64,000 nt of DNA from the human T2T-CHM13v2.0 reference genome, Homo sapiens. A model generated the notes under the pieces. The model saw nothing but the letters and a program-made list of their open reading frames with translations. It did no database searches and was not told the DNA's origin. Position numbers and translations under genes: made by a program. Below, piece after piece: positions 39,761-64,000 of the stretch; the first letter of the stretch is position 1, and every line of letters begins with the position of its first letter. Location: NCBI RefSeq assembly GCF_009914755.1, contig NC_060925.1. One strand, written 5' to 3'.

Positions 39761-40259
39761 TAAAGCATGACTTATGGAAATAGTACTTTGTCTTAAATAA
39801 AAATATTAGAAAAGTATAAACAATCCTAATAAACAAATGTATTATTGTCCCTTGTGCTATAGATAAAGAAAGGGAGAACAATAAGCCAATTATAAGCACA
39901 CTTACATTTTTACATGTTAACTCTGTTATAGTCAGGCATGTCACCTACATTTGGAACTTAAGATTTTCAACTCCTAAATTCAGGTGTCATTTGCAAGTAG
40001 ATATTAGTAGAACAGATCATATTCATTCTCTTCATGGTAATAATGGTATAATTGGCTAATTTATTTTGATTGAGATGGAGACACTATTTAGGCTTTATAG
40101 TATTAGCTGGTGTTCATGTGGTCAGCTTTTGACATGTCCTGCCCCTCAGCCTATGTATGTTACAATTGTTTTTGTATCCCTCATTTTCTACATAGGATAA
40201 AACAAGCTGGTATGCTAGTGTAAAGGGGGAGGCATTACTAGCCTTGTGTAGAAAGTCCT

Positions 40260-42402
40260 TAGTTCCAATTAAAACAATTTAAATTATAAAATTGTGCACA
40301 GAGAGACCAGAGAGCTGATAATTGATCTTTATTATACAGAAATGTGAAGGCCATAAGCATTAAATGAGAAGGAGTTTGGCAGTGAACATTATGCAGATTC
40401 AAACTGAAGGTATCCTCGTCTTACTGAGATATAAAAATAAACACTAAGAGTTGCAAGAAAGAACTCAATTCAACTTCTATCTCCCAATCAAGCTATAACT
40501 TTCCACAGGAAAACCTGGTTTCAATTCATGCCGAATTGTTCAAAGAAAAGAAAAAGCTAAATCAGTTAGAGACAACACATGGACTGGCTTTTGTCCTATT
40601 AGAGAGCCAGACTGAAGCTGTATTCAGCCTCACATTTAGAGACTGTTTCCTATTACAATTTATATCTCTATTTGCCTAAGAGATACCTAAAGTGAAAAAC
40701 AAAAAAATGTTAACTGAGCTGGGGCATTTTTGTGGGGCTAAGTAGATTTGGCAGAGGAGAGAAATGAATAAATAATTCATTTAATTATTTCTAATCAAGA
40801 GGATTTAATGTCAGGTCTGGGTCATCTGTATTAACCCTTTGACAGTTTGTTGTTCTATAATGGTCAAGAAGCACTATCCCATTAAAGTATAATAAATGCT
40901 GAACATCAGCACAGCTCAGTGCACATCCTCTTTATATCCTCAAATACTGGACTTTATATCAGCATGCTTTCAATACCAAATTAGCCCTTTAAATAGGATC
41001 TTTCTTAATAAAGCTTCTCATTGCCCTCACTACTGAAGTAAAAAACGTGTTAGAGATTTGGCCAGAAAGATGGTTTTACTGAAATAAGACTGATGACTAG
41101 GAGCACATCTATGGATTAAATATAGACAAAACTACTCCCAGAAACCTTAAATATAGACAGACTTTATTAATTTATGTAGGAAGCCAAAAATAGGAAATAA
41201 AAAGATCCGGAGTTCAGATATACTGATATATTCAGCAACTGAAACTTACAATTCCTTCAATTCAGTCAGAGCAGAGACATTTAAAGTAGTCTGGAGGGGT
41301 GGGTGCAGTGGCTCAAGCCAGTAATCTCAGCACTTTGGGAGGCTGAGGTGGAAGAATTGCTTGAGCCCAGGAATTCAAGACCAGCCTGGGCAACAAAGCG
41401 AGACTCTTGTCTAAAACAAACAAAAAAAAGCTGAGTATGGTGGCACGTGCCTGTAGTCCCACTTAGTTGGGAGACTGAGGCAGGAGGATCCTTGAGCCCT
41501 GGAGGTCAAGGCTGCAGTCAGCTGTGATTGCACTACTGTACTCCTGCCTGGGCAAGAGCAAGACCCTGTCTCAAAAGAAAAAAAAAAAAAAAGTGGCCTG
41601 GGGGAAACAGGACAGTCATATACCCCAAGAATGGAAATTTTCATGCCACCCCCCTTCCTTCCTTACAAATTCTAATGCTGATTGCATGAACGAGGTGTTG
41701 AGAGAGACTTTTCTTCATTTAGACATTTGCCCTAGTGAATGAGGGAGCAAGAGAATGCTAAGAGGGATGAGAGAATATATTTCTGGCTCTAGGACTTTGA
41801 CATCCAGGTAATTGAATCTGGGACATTCTCATTAGGTTAGAAAAGGAAAGATGAGAAAATCACTAGCAGGATATGCAATTCCAGAGACCATCTGCTCCAA
41901 AAATTAGTTTTGTTTCTCATTGCTCCTTATTCAGCGACAGTTATTTCAATAAGCTACATTATTTAGCAGAGTCTGAGAGACAAAGGCTGTGAAAACATGT
42001 ATTTATGATAGAAAACAAACTCAGAAAAATATAATAGATAGTTCACTTTTTATCTCATTCACATTCTATAGCTGGAGAACTCAAAATCCCATTTAGATAT
42101 TTCTGCTTATCCAAAAGCACACTGGGTGAAACTAAACCACCAAATGGGAGAAAATGTTCATTGGGTGTGTGTGGGTTCACCCAGTTTATTTACCTATGGA
42201 GTGGAAGTGTAGGGAGAAATAAGGTCTGCTTATAATGGTCAAGGTCTATGGAGAAGCCCTGAAGTTGCTCTCCCCAAATCACAAGTCTGATTCAAGAAAA
42301 GGAAACAAAAATGATGAAAACATCTCATCACACAAAACTCAGTGATGGGGTCTCTGACAGTCACCAGCCAGCAGGGGAAAAGGAGAAATCCACCTGCCGG
42401 CT
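40260..42402 (-). other. GOLPH3L: GOLPH3L 3'UTR (~2.1 kb) containing an Alu (41297-41593)
   Basis: Follows the stop codon; AATAAA candidates at 41163-41168 and 40328-40333; end approximate. Confidence 0.7.
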
Positions 42403-42912
<510 letters not shown>

Positions 42913-43159
42913 CTAAAATGTTTAAAAGCATAATCTTCATTCCTCAATTCATTTAATCCTTAGTCCTTTATAATCTGGCTTTGACTCCAACCACATTTCA
43001 CATTAAACCAGCTTCAAAAAATGTCACCAAGGACTTCCATATTGCTAGAGCTTATAGACTTTATTTCTGTTCTTATGTGACCTCTGTGACACTGTAATTA
43101 TTTATGTATTTTTCAAATTCTATTTAGGACACCAGTCTCTCCCAGATGATTTCTACTCT

Positions 43160-48650
<5,491 letters not shown>

Positions 48651-48789
48651 GCAGTTCCCTGTTAGGATACACCCTCCAGATCAACAGGGAAATATTATGG
48701 CTACATTTGAGCCTTTTCCTTTTAAATTTGGGAAACGCCATGAGGGGCCCGTCTGGGCCTGTTCCAAACCGGGGCATTTCCAGCTTAGG

Positions 48790-49653
48790 CCATTCCCTCA
48801 TCCCTGTACAATATCTGTCCCCCGCCATAGCAGGTAGTGCCGCAGTAGATTTATGCTGCACAAAAGCTGTGAGCCTTCTGCCTGGGGAACTCCCGCAAAA
48901 GGTCCCAACAGGAGTCTGTGGACCCTTGCCAGCGGGAACGATAAGATTACTTCTAGGAGATCTAGTTTAAGTTTAAAAGGAGTACAAATACATACAGGAG
49001 TCCTTGATTCAGATTACAGTGGGGAAATTCAAATTGTTATATCTACTTCTGTTCCCTGGAAAGCAGAGCCAGGAGAGCGTATAGCACAGCTCCTGATTGT
49101 ACCGTATGTGGAAATGGGGAAAAGTGAAATTAAATGAACAGGAGGATTTGGAAGCACAAATAAACAAGGCAAAGCTGCTTATTGGATGAATCAAATTACT
49201 GATAAATGTCCTACCTGTGAAATAACTATTCAGGGAAAGAAATTTAAAGGTTTGGTAGCTATAGGAGCAGACATTTCAATCATTTCTCTACAGCACTGGC
49301 CGTCTGCGTGGCCAATTCAACCCGCCCAATTTAACATAGTTGGAGTTGGTAAGGACCCTGAAGTGTATCAAAGTAGTTACATTTTCCATTGTGAAGGGCC
49401 CAATGGACAACCTGGGACTATTCAACCAGTTATAACTTATGTACCTATAAATTTATGGAGAAGAGATTTATTACAACAATGGGGAGCACAAGTTCTAATT
49501 CCAGAGCAATTATATAGCCCTCAAAATCAACATATGATGCATGAAATGGGGCATGTCCCTGGTATGGGACTAGGAAAAAATTTGCAAGGTTTGAAGGAAC
49601 CACTTCAAGTGGAAAGACAAAGTTCCTGCCAAGGTTTAGGATATCATTTTTGA
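48790..49653 (+). pseudogene. HML-3 pro: dUTPase, protease and G-patch (disrupted)
   Basis: GSAAVDL, RSSL, GVLDSDYSGEI, RIAQLL, GGFGST; frameshift ~48960 and stop at 49135; catalytic DTG reads AIG; [12 protein letters not shown]-patch. Confidence 0.9.
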
Positions 49654-52270
49654 TGGCAGCCATTGTTAAGCCTCCAGAGCCTATACCTTTAAAATGGTTA
49701 ACAGATAAGCCAATTTGGATAGAACGATGGCCACTAAGTAAAGAGAAACTAGAGGCTTTAAAGGACTTCGTTAATGAACAATTAGAAAACGGACACAGCT
49801 CCAACATTTTCCTCTTGGAATTCTCCAGTTTTCGCAATTAAGAAAAAATCAGGTAAATGGAGAATGTTAACAGATCTTAGAGCCATCAATTCAGTTATAC
49901 AACCTATGGGAGCATTACAGCCAGGACGGCCTTCTCCTACTACAATTCTAAAAATTGGCCTTTAATAGTTATAGATTTAAAAGACTGTTTCTTTATTATC
50001 CCCTTAGCTGAGCAAGACTGTGAATGGTTTGCATTTACAATTCCTGCAGTAAACAACCTGCAGCCTGCTAAGTGTTTTCACTGGAAAGTGTTGCCACAAG
50101 GCATGTTAAACAGTCCAACAATTTGCCAGACTTATGTAGGGCAAACAATTGAACCTACTCGTAAAAAATTTTCACAGTGTTACATTATTCACTATATGGA
50201 TGATGTATTTGTGCTGCCCCCACTCAAGAAATATTACTCCAATGTTATGATCACTTGCAAAATTCGATTTCTCGTGCTGGTTTAATTACAGCTCCTGACA
50301 AAATTCAGACTACTACACCTTACTCCTACTTGGGGACCTTAGTAAATGACACTACCATTGTGCCACAAGAAGTAGCCATACATAGGGATCAATTGAAAAC
50401 ATTAAATGACTTTCAAAAATTACTAGGGGACATTAATTGGATACGACCTGCTCTAGGCATCCCTACCTATGCCATGAGCAATCTATTTTCTATCCTTAGA
50501 GGAGATCCTAGTCTCACTAGCCCTCGGCAATTAACAAAAGAAGCTGAGGCAGAGCTGCAGCAAATCGAAAAGCAAGTCCATAAAGCTAAAACAAATAGAA
50601 TAGATCCAGAGAAGACTCTAGATTTGCTAATTTTTCCAACTCAGCATTCACCTACTGGTGTTATTGTCCAAGAGCAGGACTTAGTAGAATGGCTTTTTCT
50701 TTCACATACTAATTCACAGACTCTAACTCCTTATTTGGATCAAATCGCTACTATGATAGGAAATGGGAGAACTCGGATTGTTAAACTATAGGATATGATC
50801 CTGAAAAAATTATTGTCCCTCTCACGAAGGCACAAATACAGCAGGCTTTTATAAATAATCTTACTTGGCAAACCCACTTAGCTAACTTTGTGGGTATTCT
50901 CGATAATCATTTTCCTAAAATGAAACTGTTTCAATTTTTGAAATTAACTAATTGGATTCTCCCTAGAATAACTAAATTTAAACCAATTGAAGGTGCTGAG
51001 AATGTTTTTACAGATGGGTCTGGTAATGGTAAAGCTTCTTATTCTGGCTCTAAAGGTAAAGTTTTCCAGACGCCCTATACTTCACCTCAAAAAGCAGAGC
51101 TTGTAGCTGTAACTGAGGTACTGACTGCTTTTAATATGCCTATTTATGTGATTTCTGATTCTTCATATGTGGTTCATTCCACACAGTTAATTGAAAATGC
51201 TCAGTTACGATTTCATACAGATGAACAACTGATGACTTTATTTACCCAGTTAGAAACAGCAGTTAGGAGTAGAATGCACCCTTTTTACATCACTCACATT
51301 AGGGCTCATAAACCTCTTCCCGGACATTTAACTGAAGGGAATCAAATGGCTGATTGCCTAGCTGCTAATGCAATATCTAATGCTAAACACTTTCGCAATT
51401 TAACCCATGTTAATGCCTCTGGTCTCAAAAGCAGATACAGCATTACCTGGAAAGAAGCTAAAGCTATTATCTAGCGATGACCAACTTGTCAAATGGTATA
51501 TTCCTCATCTTTTACAGGAGGAGTTAATCCTTGAGGACTGGAACCTAATTCTCTTTGGCAAATGGATGTCACACATGTTCCCTCATTTGGGAGACTAGCT
51601 TATGTACACGTATGTGTGGACACCTTTTCTCACTTTGTCTGGGCTACATGCCAAATCAGGAGAGTCTTCTGCCTGTGTTAAACGTCACCTTTTGCAGTGT
51701 TTGTGGTGATGAGCATTCCAGCTTCTATTAAAACAGATAATGCCCCAGGCTATACTAGCCAAGCTCTAGCTACATTTTTCTCTATATGGAATATTAAACA
51801 CAATACTGGTATCCCATATAATTCTCAAGGACAAGCCACAGTGGAAAGAATGAATCTCTCCCTAAAAGAGCAGTTGCAAAAACAAAACATGGGGGAAACA
51901 GGGATTACAGGACACCCCATATACAACTGAATCTAGCATCATTAACTTTAAATTTTTTGAGCCTGCCTAAAGGCCAGATGTTAGCAGCAGCTGAACAGCA
52001 TCTAACCAGCTGCAAAGACAGAAGCAAAACAACTGGTTTGGTGGAGAGATCCGGTAGCAAAAAGTTGGGAAATAGGTAAAATAATAACTTGGGGTAGAGG
52101 TTATGCTTGTGTTTCTCCAGGACCGAATCAACAGCTGATTTGGATACCATCAAGACATCTGAAACCTTATCATGAGCCAGATGCCGAGGAAGAGATTCCG
52201 GGAGGATCCCGAGGACCCCCCGGTTGCAGCCATGTCGAGACTGATGCTGAGGAGGACCCCAACTGTCATT
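49650..52270 (+). pseudogene. HML-3 pol (RT, RNase H, integrase) with multiple stops and frameshifts
   Basis: [47 protein letters not shown]. Confidence 0.93.
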
Positions 52271-53228
52271 AGCAACACCCGTTGAACACAGCCACCCACC
52301 TGAGGGCAGATCAAGAAGCTGTCACAGATGGAGGAAGAAAACCTGAGGAAATCGGGACAACCAGTCGCAATGAGTAATTTAATGGTAGCTATGATAGTGG
52401 TGATCACCATTGCTGTGCGTATTCCTTCAACAAGGGCTGACACAGAGAACAATTATACTCATTGGGCATATTTATCAATCTTGGCTGGCAATAATGCCTG
52501 GATGTAATCACTCTATGATGCAGTTACACATGCTTTCTGACCTCAGTATTTACCATAATAAATCTGCTCCTATAGTTGAGGCATACCACCCTCAAAAACC
52601 TATGTGTAAACAAAATTGAACCTGGCCAGAGAAAATGAACGTACTTGTTTAGGAAGGTTGCATTGCAGAACAGGAAGAGGTGCTGCGCAATGATTCTTAT
52701 GGAATCATTACTGATTGGTCCCATAAGGGGATGTTTAGCTTGAATTGCACCTCTCAGTTTGCGTGTCATGGCCACACTATGTTCAGCTGGTTTGAACAAA
52801 ATGGTCAGATGGTAGAAATGGTAAGAAGTATGACAAGAGTTCCTATTATCTGGAAACATGGTGGTAGAGTGGCACCTCAATCTCAAATGATATGGCCCGC
52901 TGTAGGAGCTAAACATAAGGATTTGTGGAAACTATTAATGGCTCTTAATAAGATCCAAATTTGGGAAAGAATAAAAAACCATCTAAAAGGACACTCTACA
53001 AACTTGTCTTTGGATATTGCAAAATTAAAAGAACAAATATTTAAAGCATCCCAGGCACACCTGACCTTAATGCCAGGAACTGGAGTGCTTGAAGGAGCTG
53101 CAGACAGATTAACAGCTAGTAACCCATTAAAATGGATAAAAACACTTGGAAGCCCTTTGATTTCAATGATAATTGTGTTATTAATCTGTGTTGTTTGTCT
53201 CTGTATAGTCTGCAGGTGTGGATCCTGA
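52170..53228 (+). pseudogene. HML-3 env with internal SU-TM deletion
   Basis: NNYTHWAY, IITDW, LWKL..IWE joined directly to RIKNHL..KLKEQIF and the TM anchor. Confidence 0.85.
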
Positions 53229-53302
53229 CTTCTGTGAGAAGTAGCTCACCTTGACAAAGCTGCCTTTGCTTTTATTGCTTTGTAAAACAAAGAAGGGGGA
53301 CG

Positions 53303-53792
53303 TGTTGGGAATAGGCCTCAAAAATCTGGCCATAAACTGGCCCCAAAACTGGCCATAAACAAAATCTCTGCAGCACTGTGACATGCTTGTGATGGCCTTG
53401 ATGCCCATGCTGGAAGGTTGTGGGTTTACTGGAATGAGGGCAAGGAACACCTGGCCCACCCAGGGCGGAAAACTGCTTAAGGTGTTCTTAAACCACAAAC
53501 AATAGCATGAGAGATCTGTGCCTTAAGGACATGTTCATGCTGCAGATAACTAGCCAGAGCCCGTCCCTTTATTTCGGCCCATCCCTTTATTTCCCATAAG
53601 GAATACTTTTAGTAAACCTTATGATTGGCTTGCTGTCAATAAATATGTGGGTAAATCTCTGTTCAAGGCTCTCAGCTCTGAAGGCTGTGAGACCCCTGAT
53701 TTCCCACTCCACACTATATTTCTGTGTGTGTGTGTCTTTAATTCCTCTAGCGCCACTGGGTTAGGGTCTCCACAACTGAGCTGGTCTCGGCA
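53303..53792 (+). mobile_element. MER9-type 3' LTR (490 bp)
   Basis: PPT AAAGAAGGGGGA, then TGTTGGGAATAGG..CTGGCCATAAAC repeats..GGTCTCGGCA; AATAAA 53638-53643. Confidence 0.9.
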
Positions 53793-55650
<1,858 letters not shown>

Positions 55651-55878
55651 GTTTCTTGTGAAGAATACTATTTAAGGGCTTTTGGGGTGGGGTGGCAGAA
55701 GATAAGGTGAAGCTTTGGAAAACTTTAGGTATCAATTAACCATGCTTTTTCTGTCCCTCATTAGAATTAAATAGTGAACCACATCTATCTCATCCAGCAC
55801 GATGAATTTCGGTACATCTTTTACTAAATTTCAGGGTAGGATAAAGATAACAAAGTGTGAAATTCATATATTATTTTA

Positions 55879-56040
<162 letters not shown>

Positions 56041-57130
56041 TCACTTCATTCAAGTTAAAATCTTTCAATATATCATGTATATGTTACTGGTTAAAAATTG
56101 CAAGAATGTAAGGAAGCATAATATACTGTCTCTGTCCTCAAGAAGTTTAAAATATAGTATGGAGTGATAGTGCAAAGACAAAAATAACATTTGAAGTGGG
56201 CCCTAGTGACAAACTGGATATGAATGATAATGGAGAAAAGTTTCAATAACAACTCATTTTGAGTCTGGAAACCAACTTTTGAAACCATTAATAAAGGTAG
56301 GAAACAGCTGGGCTCAGTGGCTCATGCCTGTAATCTTAGCACTTTGGGAGGCTGAGGCGGGTGGATCACCTGAGCTCAGGAGTTTGAGACCAGCCTGGGC
56401 AAAATGGCAAAATCTTTTCTCTATTAAAAAAATAAAAATTTAAATAAATAAATAAATAAATAAACAAAGGCAGGAAAGTCAGAAAAGGAAGTCAGTTTTG
56501 GGGAAAGGTTGATAATTTGGTTTTCTTTCATTTTTGTTAAGTTTGGTTTTAAATGATATGGGATAGCCAAGTTGAAATTTCTAGCCAATAGTTAAATATG
56601 TTTCTGGAGGTGGAAAAACAAGACCTGCCTAGAAATTTGAAAATTAATCTCATGAAGGTGACAGATGAAGCTATAAAGGTAAATGATATCTCTGAAAGGA
56701 CAGAAGATCACTCAAGTGATACAAACTGAGACTTGGATGTTAAGAAATGGAGAAGTAAGGAAACAGTGTATAGTCAGAGAAGCAAGAGAATAAGATAATA
56801 ACAAAGGCCAATAATGAAGAAAGTTTCAAAGTGATAAAAAGTGTCAAATGACACATATAGGTTAAAAGAGAAAAATAAATCAAAGACTGAAAAGAAGCTG
56901 GTGATACCTAAGAATGTAGTTTAAGTGGAGTGCTTAGGATGATAAAGAAGTTGTGAGTGGAAAAATTCAGTAACAAAATGGATACAGGAGTATGGTTGGA
57001 AAGGACTTGCAGTAAATGGAAGGAAACAGAATATTATTGGAGAATAACCAGGGTTAATCAATGACTGACCTGACCCATATGAGTCCCTCTCCCTACATCA
57101 TACTCTATTTCGTAATTTTTTTTTTTTTAG

Positions 57131-57322
<192 letters not shown>

Positions 57323-57693
57323 TAGCCAGGATGGTCTCAATCTCCTGACCTCATGATCCGCCCGCCTCGGCCTCCCAAAGTGCTGGGATTACAAGCGTGA
57401 GCCACTGTGCCTGGCTATTTCATAATGTTATAGCTATAGATATAGGAGGAATTTAATCAACAGCATCCTAAGTATGATTTTTCTGCATAAAAAAGGAAGA
57501 CAAAACCAGGAGCTTCCTATAACTCTTTGGACTATGGATACTTTGATTTCTCCCTCTTGCAATAGGGTAATTAACCTGTTTAGACAATGGAACTGCTGAG
57601 TCAGTGATATTTATTTTATCTTACTACTCAAATCTTTCTATTCTTCCCAAATGTACTGTTGGTATTTGCCTTTCCATAAGCCATGGACGTTCA

Positions 57694-57840
<147 letters not shown>

Positions 57841-58529
57841 CTAGGAAAGGAGAAAAGAGAAGAGAAAGAATGTTTTGAGAGGAATACTGACTTCCAGCAG
57901 GCACCCTAAGAACAGGCCGCTTTGTTGTGATTCGTTTCACATCATACTACATGAACTCAAAGTATAGAGTAAGAGGATGTTTCTTTAATCCTCTTAAACA
58001 CCCCCAAATATGATTTTCTGTCTGACTTCAAGATCTTTAGTGAATTTCCATGGTTTGCTGTTAGTCAATAAATGATGTGCAATTTTTTTTTTTTGAGACA
58101 GGGTCTCGCTTTTTCCCCCAGGCTGAAATGCAGTGGCATGATCATGGCTCACTGCAGCCTTGACCTCCTGGGCTCAAGCAATCCTTCCACCTCAGCCTCC
58201 TGAGTAGCTGGGACTACAGGTATGTGCCACCATGCCTGGCTGTTTTTAAAAAAAATTTTTTTGTAGAGACAAGGTCTTGCTATGTTGCCTACGCTGGTCT
58301 CGAACTCCTGGCCTCAAGCTATCCTCCCACCTTGGCCTCCGAAAGTGTTGGGATTACAGACATGAGTGACTGCACCTGGTTTGACATGCAAAATTTTAAT
58401 TTTTGAGGAGAATTTTGGCTTTTTTGAAGTCTGTTTCCATGACACAAAATTTCAGAGTGGGGTAAAATAAGTCAGAAAAAAGTAAAAAGCATTTGAGCTT
58501 TTAATCCTCCTAGATATGTATTAATTTGA

Positions 58530-58655
<126 letters not shown>

Positions 58656-59136
58656 TGAGTAGCTGGGATTACAGGTGTGCACTGCCACACCCAGCTAATT
58701 TTTGTATTTTTAGTAGAGACGGGATTTCACTATGTTGGTCAAGCTGGTCTCAAACTCCTGACCTCGTCATCCACCAGCCTCAGTCTCCCAAAGTGCTGGG
58801 AATACAGGAGTGAGCCACCGTGCCCAGCCAATTTGAAGTTCTTTTGATGGGAGGTATAATAGAAACCCACTGTCATTAAGTGCCTTGGTTATGTTACTTA
58901 AACTTTCTGAAGTACATTGTCCTCATCTATAAAATGCAGACACCAATATATATTTTCATAAGATTGTTATGAGGGTTACATGAGATACAATATATAAGAA
59001 AGCATTTAGTATAGTGCCTGGCATATAGCAGGCACTTAAAATGTTAGCTCCCCTTCCCTTTGTATAGGGAATATACGTATAAGAGAGCCACTGGTATTGT
59101 CTAACAGCAGTAACGTTTAATTACTAATGTCTATTG

Positions 59137-59192
59137 AATACTTATTATATACTAGATATGTGCTAATACTTATTATGTACTAGATTTGTGCT
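59137..59192. repeat. 28-bp tandem duplication
   Basis: AATACTTATTATATACTAGATATGTGCT followed by AATACTTATTATGTACTAGATTTGTGCT. Confidence 0.85.
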
Positions 59193-59384
59193 AAGCTTTT
59201 TACATGCATTATCTGATTATATCTTCACAACAACCCTATAAAGGAAGTACTACTACTACCCACACATTAAAGATGAGAAAACTAAGGCTTACAGAGGTTA
59301 TACAGCATAACAGAGGTCACGAAGCTAAATAGAGAAATTTTTAAGTGGTTGTTTTTTTGGTGGTGTTTTACTGATAGATCATAG

Positions 59385-59564
<180 letters not shown>

Positions 59565-59579
59565 TAGCTATAATAACTA

Positions 59580-61400
<1,821 letters not shown>

Positions 61401-61648
61401 GCTAGAGGACCTCTAATTCTATTTGTCCTGCTATAGCCAGGACAATCTTTAACATCAAGTGTAATGATATAACTCCCTCCCCTCATGCTTAAAAATCTTT
61501 CAAACATTCCTCTCAGCCTTCAGGATGGAATCCAAATGGCTAATGCAGGAGGATCGCTTGAGGCCAAGAGTTGGCCAGCCTTTGGGAACACAGCGAGACC
61601 TTGTCTGTAAAAACAAAACAAAACAAAACAAAAGTGGCTATTTACTAG

Positions 61649-61792
<144 letters not shown>

Positions 61793-62388
61793 TAGCTGGG
61801 ACTACAGGCGCCCGCCACCACACCCAGCTAAATTTTTTTATATTTTTGGTAGAGATGGGGTTTCACCGTGTTAGCTAGGATGGTCTTGATCTCCTGACCT
61901 CGTGACCCGCCTGCCTCGGCCTCCCAAAGTGCTGGGATTACAGGAGTGAGCCACCACGCCCGGCCCACTAGTCTTTTCTTTGGCCTCTTTCCCCTATTGG
62001 CCTTTGCACACACTGCTCTGTTGAAAAGAACCAATATTCTTCCTTCCAAAACTCCTCTTTGTAGTTAAGCATTAAGTACAGGGGTCACATTTCCACATAA
62101 CCTTCTCTAACATTGTTTACTTCTCCACTCCACCCTCTGGATTAGGTTCTGCACCTGGGTGTGCCCATACATACTTCTCTCATAACTTCTATTATATCAT
62201 ATTGCAAACAACTATTTCTCCTGACCAGACTACAAATTCCTTAAGGAGAGAATATCCCTTATGCCGCAAAAATATTTTTGAAAGCATAAATTTATGCTTA
62301 AAAGTAAATGTTAACCTGGCAAAAGTTCAGCTTGAGCCATAAAATATTCCTTAGACATCTCCAAATTTCCTGAGGGTCTGATCTTTGA

Positions 62389-62721
<333 letters not shown>

Positions 62722-64000
62722 TAAAATTACAGGTGTGAGCCACTGTGCCTGGCCCCAACTCATATTTGTGACTCCTCTTTAAGGAAGGGGTAGGCTTTTT
62801 TTTTAGGTTAACACTTGTTTTTTTTTATAGTTTAGCTACCTAATTAAAGTTAAACTATAACTTCCTTCAGAACACGTAATTATGTAGGCATTATTTATTC
62901 TCGTAATAAATCTTAACAGGTGTGCAAACATTTTAGCCAATATTAAAGCAACTGGAAGAAAGTTTTCTTTTGTTGTCTCATTTCCTCCTGACCATGTAAC
63001 TTCTGTTTCAGTGACAGTGACATCAGATTGTCAACAAAACTATAAATGAGAAGCAGTATAAAGAAATGATGAAGATCAGGATAAAGAAACTACATTTTTG
63101 AATGTCACACTTTCCTATTGTAGCATCTCAAAACATACAAAACTTTCCAAACGAGTTTTTAACTTTTTTATTAAGAATATGCAATAATAGACAAAAGTAT
63201 AAAAACATATATGTAGAGTTTTAAGAAAATAATTATAAAACAAACACCTGTATAACTACAAGAAAGAGACTGGATTTAGAAAAAGAAAATAACTGAGAAA
63301 AGAGAGAACATGATAGTAAATGTTCCCCTGTACTGTGGGTACATATGACCAATAAAGATTATAATATTGTCATCTATAGTAATATTTAGAACAGATTGAA
63401 ACAAATTTAGGTGCAGAATAGCCTGGAGGTAAGGGAAAATACAATTATTTATATTTAAAGGTCATTTTCCTCTTAGTGTATCTATCTAACTTAGTGAATT
63501 CTCCAGCCATTCATAATAAAGATTCTATATTAAATGGCCAATGCTTTGGTATGTCTGAGCAGGAAGACCTAGCACGTACATACTAAAGTTCACCATTTGA
63601 TCATTAAATCTCATTACCAAAGGCTATCTAAAGAAAATTTTAGGACCTACCCAACACAGATGGAATTGCACATTGTCTCATGGCTAATGGAGAATCTCAG
63701 AGAATTTGCAGAATAAGATATTCAGATAGTGGACTTTAATATACATCTGTAGGCCGGGCGCGGTGGCTCACACCTGTAATCCCTGCACTTTGGGAGGTCA
63801 AGGCGGGTGGATCACCTGAGGTTAGGAGTTCGAGACCAGCCTGGCCAACATGATGAAACCCTGTCTCTACTAAAAATACAAAAATTAGCTGGGTGTGGTG
63901 GCACGTGCCTGTAATCCCAGCTACTCAGGAGGCTGAGGCAGGATAATCACTTGAACCTGGGAGGTGGAGGTTGCAGTTAGCTGAGATCACACCACTGCAC

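Larger units (their letters stand above)
48651..53792 (+). mobile_element. HERV-K(HML-3)/HERVK9 provirus, 5'-truncated, antisense in a GOLPH3L intron
   Basis: gag stub, dUTPase-pro, pol, deleted env, PPT and MER9-type LTR in retroviral order. Confidence 0.9.

Noticed and set aside
48707-49653. Functional dUTPase or protease
   Set aside because: Frameshift, a stop before motif 5, and loss of the catalytic Asp.

Overview
Primate (human-like) genomic DNA with very high Alu density. Gene content matches the ENSA-GOLPH3L interval, known to lie at human 1q21.3 next to MCL1. It holds the complete minus-strand ENSA (alpha-endosulfine) gene, including an alternative first exon, a 48-nt cassette exon and two intronic termination routes, plus the last three coding exons and 3'UTR of GOLPH3L (minus strand). 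Four independent ERV insertions are present. (1) A 3.1-kb HERV-K(HML-2) provirus inside an Alu with a perfect 6-bp TSD; its pol/env segment is inverted between two ~11-nt microhomologies. (2,3) Two HERV-H solo LTRs (LTR7B-like and LTR7-like). (4) A 5'-truncated HERV-K(HML-3)/MER9 provirus antisense in a GOLPH3L intron. Also seen: a U4 snRNA retrocopy split by three tandem Alus, MER1B and MER20 DNA transposons, nested L1/L2/MIR relics and two candidate enhancers. There are no prokaryotic features. Repeat subfamily names come from recalled consensus sequences, and repeat boundaries are approximate unless a TSD is quoted.
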